The notes below the pieces were generated by a model. The model saw nothing but the letters and a program-made list of their open reading frames with translations, was not told the DNA's origin and ran no database searches. A program made the position numbers and the translations under genes. DNA of 64,000 bases, from the NCBI RefSeq assembly GCF_964355755.1, contig NC_092680.1:1240001-1304000 (forward strand). Reading direction: 5' to 3'. Shown here one piece after another: positions 11,590 through 25,200 of this stretch. How positions within the stretch are numbered: position 1 is the stretch's first letter; every line of letters starts with the position of its first letter. This DNA comes from Antedon mediterranea (lineage: Eukaryota > Animalia > Echinodermata).

Positions 11590-12320
11590 AAAGGTCAGCT
11601 ACTCCAGGTTGTGAAGCATATTAAGCTATTAGGAGTTTTTATCCAAGACGACTTGAGGTGGAATTTACATGTTAATGAAATAATTACAAAGGCTTCCCGT
11701 AGGTTATTTACACTCTGTATTTTACGTAGGGCTAATGCCCCAGTTGACGATATGAAATGTATTTATTTGAGTTACATTCGGCCTATATTGGAGTACGCCT
11801 GCCCTGTATGGCATGGTGCCATTACACAATTTCATACCCAACTTATCGAAAGGGTTCAAAAAAAGGGCCCTAAAAATTATTCTTGGCCTTAATTACATTT
11901 CATATGAATTAGCTTTAGAATTTTTAAATTTACCTTTGCTAAAAGTCAGGCGTGATAATCTTGTACTGACTTTTGGCAAGAAGATGTCGAATTCGGACAA
12001 GTTCAGTTATTTGCTCCCCCCTATCCGTAGTATTCCTCGTGTTCTCCGAAGCAACGGCAAGGTCAAATATCAACAATACAAACCGAGAACCGAAAGATTT
12101 AAAAATTCACCAATCCCTACAATAATCAATTTGCTAAACAATAGTTCATGAGCCAAAGAGTCAGAGTGATATTGTTGTTATTTCATTTTTTACATCCTTT
12201 TTATTGTTATGTAAGTATTGTATAGTAATTTTGTAATTGCAACGTTTTTAGCCTTGCGGCTACTTGTTGTAAGTTTTATACCAGAATAAATAAAAATAAA
12301 TAAATAAATAAATAAATAAA
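11590..12320 (+). mobile_element. 5'-truncated CR1/L2-group LINE 3' fragment with frameshift
   Basis: KLLGVFIQDDLRW..H......KAS.RL, IRPILEYACPVW and ERVQK/RALKIILG are split by a frameshift at the A-run near 11858. Stop at 12151, T-rich 3' UTR, and a (TAAA)n tail to 12320. Confidence 0.85.
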
Positions 12321-13865
12321 AGCTACATCTATTATGCGGCCTCGTAAAATTTGAAAATCGCAATGCAAAAGATAGGGCTGGGGCAAGTTCAGCATTTTAT
12401 AATGTTTAGCCCCCACCCCCTAATTTCAAAATCCTTCAAACACAAAGGTCAAAATTAATTGAAGACTATAGGCCTACTGTGTGGTAATAATTAATAACGA
12501 AAGAAATTTGAATCATACTTACTAAAAATGTCTATCAGTACACATTACCATAATAAGCGACTGTACTATTAAAAGATGCTATTTAAACACGCCGTAAACA
12601 CGTACCCCTTTACTATTCATTATGTGAATGCATACCAGTTAATTCGCAGGCTTGACGTATACAACTGATCTAATGTAATAACTTATGACCTACTGATAGG
12701 CCTAATAATATTCGTGTACTACATGTGACTTCTTTTAGGAATATTTAAATATGACAGTTGGTTCGGATATCGAGTTTGACGTTTGTCAATTATTTTTGTA
12801 ACAGCTGATAAAATAGATGGCATTAATCGAGGGGTAATAATTATATATTCATAATCATTAATGTCGGTGCACGGTCATAATATACACTCTGGTTTTGTTA
12901 TATTTCCGGGCTTTAATCATTTGTTTTATTGTATACCTGGGAGGGTGGGGGGGGGGGGGTTGTTATTGTGTAATTAGTATTTTAACAATATACAGTACAT
13001 GTTCTTATTTCACCCGTAGGCCTATTTTACATGATTGTAGACCTGGGGAGGGACGGGGGTTTAATTGTATTGTGTAATCAATTTGTGTTGTGAATTTACA
13101 CTAGCTATGTTTATATACTATATTATAGGGATTTTATGTCGGTAGTACATTTTAACAAAATATGTTCTTATTACACCCGTATTTTACGCGATAGAGAGCG
13201 TACATAACGAATGCATTTTAGCATATATGCCGCTGTTTTGAAAGCTCTTAAAAACGTCTAAAATCCTAGTATTTGGGTTGATTAGGGAGGTATCGCAACG
13301 CTGATTGGCGTCAAGTGCATGCTCGTGACGCAGTCATTTGATTCGTTTCGCGTAGAATAAAATTTCGACATGGATACGCTTTATTGAACATGACTGACAG
13401 CCGTACATGCGTAACCTATGGGTTTTTTATTGGTAAATAACGTTCGGAAATTCCGAAAAGGAACTGTCATTTATATTAATAGTTTCAATGAAAAAATTAA
13501 AAACACAACACTGCACACATACAATGTACATAGGCCCTAACTAACAAAATCAATAATTCAGTCAATAAATTACACTAGGCCTACATTATGATATTATATA
13601 ATTAAACTAAAGTAATGTACATTGAAATAGTTTACATTATGTTTAGATTGAATTCCAAACTCTACTATGTATTTGTACTTATCATTATGATTAGTATCAA
13701 ATCTACTTATTTGTAACAACCAATGTCAAGGCTTTTCACGAAAAGATTACTTTTTCGGAGGTATATTTTACAAAGATTGGTAGCTTGATTTCACCAAATT
13801 AAGGCTTCGTTATAATAGTTTAGATTCAAATAAGTAGGGCCTGATTTGTAACACTGTGTCACTAA

Positions 13866-14028
13866 AGCTTGGTTCCCATTAGAGATGTAACGCATTGACG
13901 TAGACGCAACGTTAGTAAATTGACCAATCACAATCAATGGATCATCCGAACTGTCGCTTGTGATTGGTCAACTCGTTTGCGTTGTGCGCGTCATGTCATT
14001 GCGTTGCATCTCTAGTCAAAACCAAGCT
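13866..14028. mobile_element. MITE sharing family A termini with a different, palindromic interior
   Basis: AGCTTGGTTCCCATTAGAGATG..CATCTCTAGTCAAAACCAAGCT, with an inner inverted pair TTGACCAATCACAA / TTGTGATTGGTCAA. Confidence 0.75.
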
Positions 14029-14125
14029 TATAGCTTGTCTAATATAATGTTAGGTAGGTATAATACAAACAAGACCTATAATCAGATATTGATCACTACT
14101 GACAGGCCTATTGTACTGTGTGCAT

Positions 14126-14411
14126 TTTACTACTCTATCAATACTCAATAATTGCCAACAAATACATTACATGATACATGATAAATTGTATGATTAAACA
14201 ATAATCGCTATTCAATCAATACAATTTCAATCAAGTTTACTTGTAACTAAGATACTAATCGCGTTCGTTTACTACTCTATCAATACTCAATAATTGCCAA
14301 CAAATACATTACATGATACATGATAAATTGTATGATTAAACAATAATCGCTATTCAATCAATACAATTTCAATCAAGTTTACTTGTAACTAAGATACTAA
14401 TCGCGTTCGTT
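14126..14411. repeat. Near-exact 142-bp tandem duplication
   Basis: TTTACTACTCTATCAATACTC...CTAATCGCGTTCGTT starts at 14126 and again at 14268. Confidence 0.92.
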
Positions 14412-15012
14412 GAGTTTAACATACGTGATTAACGCAACATTTTCATTTATTACCGAATATTTGATTAATAATATGTCTAAATTATGAACTACTATTTTAT
14501 ATAACAACGATATGATATATTTATGATAAAACGACTCACCACTAAAGCAATAGAAATCCAGAAGAATGTATATTGTAACTAGGATACTTGTTGCAAAGAG
14601 AACAGTGTGTGTCACCTCGCGTGCGTGTTATGTGACGAATATTTCGCCTGTGCATTTCAACATTTTATTTGGAAATTCCAAGTTCGTGGGTTATTATTAT
14701 ATCATAATATTATCATACTTATTTCTGGAAATTACTGCCATGACCGCACCAAAGAGAGAACAACGTCGTATATTTCTGAATTTAGAATAGAAACCATGAA
14801 CGTAGTATTGAATACTGATTACGTTGCGAGCCTCCTGCAGTATAAACATGCGGTAGACCTGCTATTTCTGGTTCCCGGTCCCATTTGGTATTTAGAACCG
14901 AAACCTGTAGTATCGAGAAAAATGCACTGCAGTTCACAGAATAAGATATGTTAAAATTATAATGAAATGTGCTTAAAAACGATAAAAAATGATCGAATAA
15001 CTTACTGGGTTA

Positions 15013-15199
15013 AGCGTGGTTCTCACTAGCGACGTTAACGTAACGTAACTAACGCAACGTAAGAAAATGCCCTTCCAATAATTGTGTTTGCCTCCACCTG
15101 CGTGTTTGCATCACTGCTGCGTCGTCTGTTCCCACTTGTGATTACGCAATACAGCACTTTGCGTCAATCGTTTTGTTGCGTCCTAGTAGGAACCACACT
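15013..15199. mobile_element. MITE family A copy
   Basis: AGCGTGGTTCTCACTAGCGACG...CTAGTAGGAACCACACT; the interior matches 11041-11256. Confidence 0.8.
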
Positions 15200-16253
15200 T
15201 TTAAACTAAAATTTGAATTGAATTGCCTTCTCCACTGAGGTAGAAGAGATTGTGGCAGCTTGTGCGAGAGAACGGTGGTCTCAACCCAGTACTGTACAGC
15301 TTTCGAGACGAATAGTTAGCAGTTGCTCACACAGCTCATATCATCACGTGACAAAAAAACACAATTAATTGCTTTTCCCTGCATCCATTTATTTATTATT
15401 TATTAAAATCCAATATAGTTATTATTTAATTACATATCATAATACGGTAAGTTAAAAATTCGATTTGGTTAATTTAAATTGTTACTGATACATTATTTGA
15501 TATTGAATCATCTGTTTATAATGTTTCGCAATACCACGTTCGTTAAATGTGTTAATGTTCAAATTGACGAAAACCAAAAGTTAAATACAAATTCCAATAA
15601 TACGTGTCTTTTTAGGCTACCTTTACGGTATGTTTACATATCTAGCAAATTACCGGACCCCATAGTGATTGGTTATTTTACCGAAACCCAATCGATATTG
15701 GCAACATTTAAGCCTAACGTATTGATATAAGCTGTAAAATACCAAATATATACATAAAAACTTTTCGAGTTAATTGTTTTAATTAAATTTTAAACTACTT
15801 TATTTTATGCAACGTTACTATATTAATATATAAAAATAATAACTTTTTGAGAAAAATGTGTCTTTATATTCGAACTACGTTATTTTACCTTAAACCATGT
15901 TTGCCAATCTTACTTCTTAAACCTTCATAATATATACATATTAAAATAATAACATCTTTGAAACGAAGATTGCATTATGAACCCAGTCAAGCGTTGCTGT
16001 TTATAGCATAGGCCTAAATATGAATTACCGGTATGAAAATATCAATATCAACATTCTGGACAACTTCTTATCATATAGATATTCTCTGGGTTACATTAAT
16101 TCTATTATAAACAAAAATGAATATACTTTATTCAACCCTAAAATTATATATATAACTATTATTTCGATACTATTTTATATTGTATTACTGTATACCATTA
16201 GTTATTGTTTAAATATTACTCAACATTGGTATTAATTCTCAGCATTGCATTAT

Positions 16254-19200
16254 TTAGTAATTTCTATTCCATTCCCTGCTATCTGACTTTTTAGTCAAAC
16301 GGCCATTTTGTGTTTCTGATTCCCATCTAGAATGCCTTCCAAACTGTTGCTGGCCTTGTTCATTTCGGCTCTCCAAATCCGTCCTTCGGTAAGACGTGCC
16401 ATCTGGTGGCCTAGCGTATCTTGGCGTGTCTCGAATACCATTTTCTGCGTAAAGTCCACTGCTTGGTTGGCCTACAGCGGACTTTCTTTCAGATACGTTT
16501 CTTTCTAAAGTGCTAGAGTTATAACCAACACGTCTTTCAAATGTTTCTTCTCGTTCGTGGACCTGACCTCTTGTTGACATTTCTAACGCCTCCAGGTTAC
16601 TTCTTCGGGTTCGGACGACTTCTTCTAGTAACGACCATCTTCTTTCCAACTCCTCCAGTGACCGATTGATTTGGACACGGTCTGATGGGTCCGAAATGTT
16701 GGACAATTGTTCACCCATTGTCCGAAGTGCTTGGACACTAGCCTTGCGGTCGGTAATAAGCCGATCTAGTAACTAAAACAAAATTTAAGGTATATTAATT
16801 CATGCAATTATTATCGATGTTATATTTTTTCATGGCAGCCCAATAACAACTAATACCTACCAGTTGTTCTTGAAGATGTGCTTTGATGACACGGTGGTCT
16901 GATGAAGGTGTCTTTTGGGCGGACACAAGCTCTTCGGTATCCTTTATCCAGTTAAACAAAGATTGGTAGGCATCTTGGAATTTTCCACATCGCAATAGAC
17001 CTTCATTTAACTTCAATTCACGCTCAGATAGCTAAAGATAAAGTGAATAACGGTGAATTTAAGTAACTGAACTACGATAGGATTGTCATACGTTAAATGT
17101 GACTGATTTAATAGAATGATAGATAATCAAACTTGATTATTAAGCAAAACTCTGGGGTTGACACACATTGGCGTTTTGCACCGTCTCTGCGTCCCGTTGT
17201 ATGTAAACGCCGGAGTTGTATACTAGGCAATGTGAAATATAAATGATTCATCAATAAAAGTCCGGTTATACAGTAAGTATCACCATCTTGAATGTCGGCG
17301 GACCGATATTTACCCTTGTATTGAGAACTTTCCATCTTTCAGTAATCGTCTTCATTCGAATTTGTAACGTTTGTCCGTTAACATTTGCTGCTTGGCAGAG
17401 AGCATGTAAGCTTTGTCCAAGGCGGTTGAGGTCTTTAATCTTTTCGACAAGTGGATCAACATGACCTTTAATAAATGTCTATGAAACAAAATAAACAAAT
17501 GTTAAACCCACATTATAAGAAAACTGACTGACTGTTGTAGTAGGCCTAAATTATACTATTATAGAAAGAAAGACAAAATGCGTCTGGCGTATTGTTTACT
17601 ATAAACCAAAATACAGGATTTATAGAGCTAGGTAGACTTCACAAGATTTTCCAACTATCACCACAATAATGCAGATGGTTGCATGAACACACACGTATAT
17701 ATATATATAAACAAATCAGGCAAAGAACAGTAATTCTAAACCGCCCGGTGATATACTGAAATTTATTTAATTAATTTTATACGATATATATATATAAATG
17801 AAATTGGTTTTTCTAATTACTAACAATTTTGGGTATGTTTAGAGAGAAGGGTTCTTCTGTATGCCTATGTACTGGTCTAGACCAACATTCATGTGTCCAG
17901 GTTTAATTAGAAAACTCGTGACAGGCGAGCACATTTGCGCATAAAACATAATGTAAACATAAAAGTCAACTAAATCATGAATTAAAAAGATAGTCTTAAA
18001 AAAACAAGGCAATTCAGTAGTATTATTAGTTTAAGTTGTAAAAACTGTTGCTCTGCTAAATAAAACATGTTACCTGAACCTCCAACTGCTGGCTTTTCAG
18101 TGTTTCCAGGTCGTTTCCAATTGCTTTCTGGTGTTGCATTTGGCTTTCTGCTGCGCTTAACTTTCCCAATATCAGCTCTACAACATTCTGGAACTCATCA
18201 TGTTTCACAATGATCTTCTTTGTGTCCTCCAATCGTATTGTGATCTGATCGGTCATGCGATGAAATCTCTTGTTTAGAATATCAAGCTGTATTGTAATAT
18301 TTAAAAAGTTACGTAATCTTGTTATTAATGTTTGATTATTTAATTTTTTTTCTCTTTTTGTTTACATTTATTCTTTTCATTTATACATAAATTACATAGA
18401 ATATAGCTTTTTTTACACTTTCTTCTTCATAAATTGTATGGTATTATATTTTTATAGGCATTAAATTAAAGTATACATGTACAATGTATAAATATAATTC
18501 CATTTGATAGGTAATTATTATTTTTATTCCATGCTTTGTTTCTTATATAACTTATGTTATTATATTATCTTAATAATTTAATTCATCGTTCATCATAACA
18601 TATGGATTGTATGTACTGGAATACTCAGAAGGCCTACACAAGTTGTTCTACTTTGGAGTAGAAGCAAGTTTGAATTCAAATTACCTGTTCTCTTGAACCT
18701 TCAGGATCTGTCAGAAATCCTTTATCGTAAATGACCCTAAATATACGGGTTGCCTGGTCTAAGAGACTCTTTACGCCATCTAAGCTGCTGTAGATCTTTT
18801 TGACGTCTTCGATCTGCTTCAGCAACGTGGTGACATCCTGCGCTCGTTTGTGCTGGTCCAGGACGTCTTCGTGTCCTGCTAACTTAGCATGAATTTCGTT
18901 TAGCATTTTCTGTAAAAGAACAGTTTATTTGTTTATTCGTTCTCATCCTTATGGTATGTTCTCCCTTATCGACTAAATATGTTGTCATTTATGTGTGTGT
19001 GTGTGTGTGATATGTGTGTGTGTGATATATTGATTATTAGAACCTAATTACTCTATTACATATGCCTATACAGTTATTTAAATAATTGGAACTGGAATAT
19101 GATTTTATATGTGACCCTTACAAATAGTTAATAGCATTTGATTTATAAATATACATGTGTTTGTTTGTTTTTAATGCAAAATGTATTATTATAGTAAAGT

Positions 19201-22200
19201 AAGATATACCTGGAATGAAGATGTCTCCATTCTTCCTGTCTCAAACAGTTTTTCTCGCTCAAATAATGTCGCCACAAGTGCATCGTAACGTTTCTTCATA
19301 ACTTCCACATTTTTCTTTACATCAAAACTATCAATACGCGAGGGTGCTTTGGAAATAAGTAAGTCCATCAGATGTTGGATAACGGCCACTTCTTCACCTA
19401 AAGCCTTTATTTCTTCTTGAACGCTCTTAAGATAAAATATTAAATGGATTTATTTAAAAAATACCTTCTTTATTTTATTTAAAAAAATACACAGTACGTT
19501 TGAAGAAATTTGACCTGTAATTAAAAAAAAAGAAGTGTATGTTAGCACTATACTTTTGCTGTGTATGTTGTCCCATACTGTATAAACTGCGTACCTTAAA
19601 GTCTTTGCCATTAATGGCACCTGAATTTAGTCTGTGTTCCCACTTCTCGATTACTTGCATTACTTTAGCATGTCGATCTTCGAAGTCAATCAGTGTACTG
19701 GATAAGCTCTCAAATAACCTTTTTAAATCTACAACATCTGTAACATAAAGTATATGCAACATTAACCTCAACACAATGGAATAAAAATCTCCATAAAAGT
19801 ATTTAGAGTGAAGAAAAGCTCTCGGTAATAGCCTAATATTCAGACCATTGGCATTGGAAATGTGTTAACTTCATTAAAACGGTTTTGAATAGAATTTTAT
19901 AGAATATTATTTTCTCTAAGTTATGGTATCACGATGTGAAAGACACAAATATTATCTCTCAGTCACATTAAACGTGAACCGAACTGAATTAAATGTCGCA
20001 CCTTGCTTCATATCTTTCCACCGTCCTGTGATGTCCACAACGTCGTCCTTGATGTACTGATGGTCTACATCAGTCATCTCTATCAGGTTATTGGCACTTC
20101 CATTTGTGTTCTCAAAATCTTTGATATGGTTATTAATATCCGTTTCGATTTGCTATAAGAGAAACAATTGTGTTTATTAAGCAAGTAACATACATAATAA
20201 TATTACAGAAAAGTATTTCCAGTTCAAAATTAGCAATTAGCAATTGTTTGCTGTTTATTTGAGGTTAAGTTAAACATAATATATAATAATGCGATACCAG
20301 ATATCGATACCAGATATCGATACCAGATATCTATATCTATATCTGTCGATATCAGATATCTATATCTATATCTATCGATACCAGATATCTATTACATTAA
20401 AAACATCAAACTATAATCCAATGTTATAATGTAGCTGTACAACTATTTCATGGAAATATAGATTTATAAGAGAAAGGTACCTTTAGTATATCTTGCTGTC
20501 TTCTTATAACATCCATTCTGAGTACAAGGGCGCCAACGTCAACTTGTCTCTCTTCTGCACTGCTTAACCACTGACTAAACCGGTATTTATCCATTAGGAA
20601 TATCTGGCAGATTTTGTCACACTCTCTTAACCTTTGATCCGTATCACCAGCCTTTCGGTTAACGGTCTCCCATCGTCGCACAAGATCGTCATACACACTG
20701 GATAGCATGTCGTATTCTGGGCCTTTCTTCAACTTGGACATCTGTGATTTTATCTGATCCGTAAGTCTCTCGTAGCTATATGCTTGCCTTATAAGTTCTT
20801 TTGTTAACTCCTAAAACATGTCATAGAAATTATGCATATAGTCGAATCAATATAGTTAAATCAATTTATCATATAACAATGTAATAAATATTCTTATAAT
20901 CAGAGCTATACACCAGTAATTTCTCTGGTAATAAGGTTTATCGCGCGTGGAAAGTCATTGTACAATGCACGATGGGAAGAGTTTTGGAGCAAACGTCACG
21001 ACGCGTACGTACAAACAACAAATCACATACGTACGCGTCGTGACGTTTGCTCCCAAATCTTTCCCAACATGCATCGCGCACGCTATTTGCGTAAATAACC
21101 GGTTTACCTGGTGTTGTGTAATCTGTAATCTTAGAGAGTCCTGATTGGCTGAAATAGAGTTAGACACGCTGAATAGTCTTTCTTTACTTTCCAACCATTT
21201 AATCATTGCAGCTATTTCGTCATCTAGATGATCGACTTCTGAAAGTGCTCCTTCTAGTCTAGCCAAACGTTCATCTACAGTAAACAAACATAAATTAAAA
21301 TAATCACAATGTATGACATAATTTACCATTCTAGATGAATATTCCTTCCAAATAAATATAAAAAAACATAATGTTGTATCACATTATTTTGTTTTTCTTA
21401 TATTGTCATATTAAACAACATTATTTGGTCACTTTTTACCTAGTCGTCTTTTGTATTCATCAAACGGAACTTGTACGCTGTCTAACTTTAGATTCATCTC
21501 AAGCCTAGCTGTCGTTTCAGGGTTCAATGTTAGAAGGTGACTTTGGCCTGACAATAGAGTTTGAAGCTGTGGGTTCATATGAGCCGCATCTCGTTGAAGA
21601 GCCTATAATCAAAGGTAGCAATATTATAAGAGTTAATATAAATGAGCAATTAAAAGAGGAATGCCATTAACTATTTCAAATCGGGTGAAAGCTAATTGTT
21701 TAATACAATAATATGCTTTTGCAAAGTCTTCAAGATGGTCTTACAATTGTTTCTTCAATCTGTTTCTTAATTTGCTCGTTGCTGCCACCAATTGGAGAAA
21801 GACCTTTGACAACTTTTCCAAATTGAATCAACCAATCAGTAAAACCTTGCAGAGATGTATGAAATTTCTCGCTACTTTGCAAAACACTGTTAATGGTGTC
21901 ATGGCGATCTTCAAGCTTGTGATAAAGAACAGTCCATAGCCTGGTGACGTCATTGACTTTGTCATTGATCGGCGAGGACGTCCGTGAACGAGAGGAGAAC
22001 CGGTTGATTAAAGCTTGGCTACTCTTTTTCATGTTTTCAAGAAGGACCTCGTGGGAAGGAAAATGTTTTTGGTACACCTAAAATAACATAATTATTATTA
22101 TCATATAGGTAAGACTAAAATGATTGATTGAATTTTAAAGAATTTCGTTTAGTCGACTTACTGTAAACACTGGACACACTGATACTAAACATTTAACTTC

Positions 22201-25200
22201 ATTTGTGACCAAAAGATAACCACAACTGTCAATATTTCAAGGGTTACATCGATAGTTTTATGATAATATCCATTTATACAAAACATTAAATGTATACCTC
22301 CGTTTGGTAGGACTGGTTTCGAAGGATTTCTGGTGAAATTCCAATTGGTCCGAAAACTGACATAATCATTTCCGTCTCCTCTAGCCAAAGTCTGAGCTGC
22401 TTCCAGCTAACTTCAAAATCATTTAGCGCGTCTATGATTCCTCTTATGTCTTTCCCGCGAATGGTAAGACCTTCTTGTAGTTCAATCCATTGCTCCTCTA
22501 ATAAAAGAAAATAGTTGATGAGATCAAACACAGACATTGTTTTAAATCTGTCAGAACTGAAAGGATAACAATCACAATATTTTGTAATTGTGGACAAACT
22601 TACCAATGGTTTTCATCTGTGAGTTGATTTTGTCATATCCAAGAGGATGATCTTTCTTTGATGAGGTTAATTCACGAGCAAGTTCCATCACAGATTCCAT
22701 GAATTTGTAATGGTCATTTATATCTTTACGAAGAACCTATAAAAACAAGAATAGCATTCAAGCATGGCGCACCAAGACTGCAAACTACATAGTCAAATCA
22801 AATCAGTCCAAACGATCTAATGTACAAAATATTGAGGACTAACAAGTTAACGAGTAATTAACAGTGCCACTACCAACGACCTCTCTTTCTCATTCTTTTA
22901 AACGTCAACCTACCTCGTGCTTCTCAAGTAGCTTCTGAGCCTGATCCATACTTTCTACAGACGTAACACCTCCTTCTAAGGCTTGAGCTGTTCTCTTCAA
23001 CCAGTTGCTGAACTCGTTAAGTTCCATCTGGTACTGCTGAACAGTCTTCTGCGTTGTGGTGATGTCATACTCGCGATCAGCTAGCTTCTCACCAAGAACT
23101 TGATATCGATCTTGGACATCCATGATTTGGCGTTGTATATCAGATAAACCTTTAAAAAACAACAGACTTAAAAGGTAAATAACCAGTGCTACACAATAAT
23201 TATCAACACAATTATATTATTATCTTTATATTTTGAATATTATTTAACATTTACATCAGAAATCATAAATATTATGACCCATTGGATACCTTCATCCTGC
23301 ATAAATGAGCCAAAGTCTAACTCAGAGCCAATCGATGCTCTTCGTCTTCTTCCTCCTCCTACCACAGCAGGGCGACCAATTGCCATATCAGTCTGCTGAG
23401 TGCGGAGTTGAGCTGACAAGCGAACCATTCTTTCTTGATCTTCACTCAATGTTTCAATCGCTTTACCATATCTGTTCAATTCCTCAAGCAACGTCGAAAA
23501 ACTAGAATGTTCTCTGCGAAGAGGCTGAAAAGTAAAGATATGTTATATAATTCTTCCTACAACATTTGTACCTGGAAAAATGACTAAACTATTTTTAAAA
23601 ATCACAGCGATATTCCTGAAGTAGTATGAAAAATTGCTATTTGAATCAGTCAATTCAATTCAATTCAAAAGACATTTAATTTCCTCCATAACAATACAAA
23701 ATAAAATACAGAAATGATGAACGTCATCATTTAAAAACTAACCATATATTGTTCCAATTGTTTCTTCAGGATCTCTCCATCTACAGCCACTATATCTAGA
23801 CGACTGACTCGTTCTTCCATTTTTTCTAACCAATCAGTACAAAGCTTGATGGAATCATTGAAGCGTTTATAAGCAGCTTCTTTCTCTTCTAGTTGCTGAT
23901 TTCTGAAACAAAAGAAGTGTTATATACAATTTGGAAGTACTTGTATTATTTTTACAAACTCTTAAAAAAGGTGTATATTCTAACCTTTTCTTGAGAAGCT
24001 CTTCCAGTATTTCCCAGTTGTGTAAAAGATGTGAAACAATCTCCGTCACAGCGCTGCTATCTGATGTTTTGGAGTCACGTGTAATGTCATTAGCCAGACG
24101 TTTAATGTCCTGGAGAGTGTACTTTTGATCGTCAACGGACCGCTGAACCTCCTACATATATAATACATAAATAATGTAATAAAACTTATGCCTAATAATA
24201 TGAATTAAAAATGTTGGTTTGCACTTTTGTAATAAAGAACATTCACTTCTTTCTCGAAATATAAAAACATTCTTACCATTAATTTCAATCCAAGATCCAA
24301 TAAACTCATGTGATTTAGATCATGTGATTCAAGAACACCAATCACTGGTGTCATCCAGTCTTCAAACTTTGTTACCTCGCTGTGGAGGTTGTTAAACTTT
24401 GACAACAATTTCTGTAAGAATTCTGAATGGTTCGAAACACTTCCCTCTAGGCGTTTGAACCTTGATGTTAGTGAATCTAATTTGGATCTGACTTTCTGCC
24501 CGGCTTGATGGTCACTCTTCTGGATGTGGAGTCGTCCAGACTCTTTGACATTTTCAAATGGTGGTCGATGACTATCAATATCTGTCTCATAAAACTGTAC
24601 AAAAAAATGGTTATATTAAAAAAATGAAGTTTTCTTACAGTTGACTATGATTCCTTATCGGTCTAAGGCGATACTCAACATAATAACATAAGATTAATAC
24701 TCTCAGGGACGATTTGCAACAACCGACTTAGGATCTAAGCATCGATGTATCGTCCGCCTGGACCAAAACCGCCAACGAGGAGAGTGAATAAGCTCATCAC
24801 AACTTCCCTGTCACCAAATGAATTAACATGGCCTAACTTACTCCTAGATCGTCGAAAATTGAAATCTCCCTAATATTAAGAAATATTACTGTTATGTCAC
24901 ATTTCATTACCTTCAGTTGTTGCACAATTTCGTAGATAGAGTCTTTTTTAACAACGACAGGAGCATTAACGACCTTGGCAGATTTCTTCTCTGTCACCTC
25001 CAACCATGCAAGCAGACGATCAAGTTCATCTAAGACGCTTCGTGACAAGCCTAAGTTTCTTTCTAATTCATCTCTACGAAGGCATAGCTGGGCTTCCATC
25101 CATTCATACCTTTTGGATGCATCATCTATACATTGAGTTAACATATAATAATAATTATTTTGATTTTATACATAATATACTGTATATCTTTGCATCATTC

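Noticed and set aside
24640-24840. GC-richer intronic stretch resembling a SINE or tRNA-derived element
   Set aside because: No convincing A/B boxes, cloverleaf, TSD or second copy could be identified by eye.
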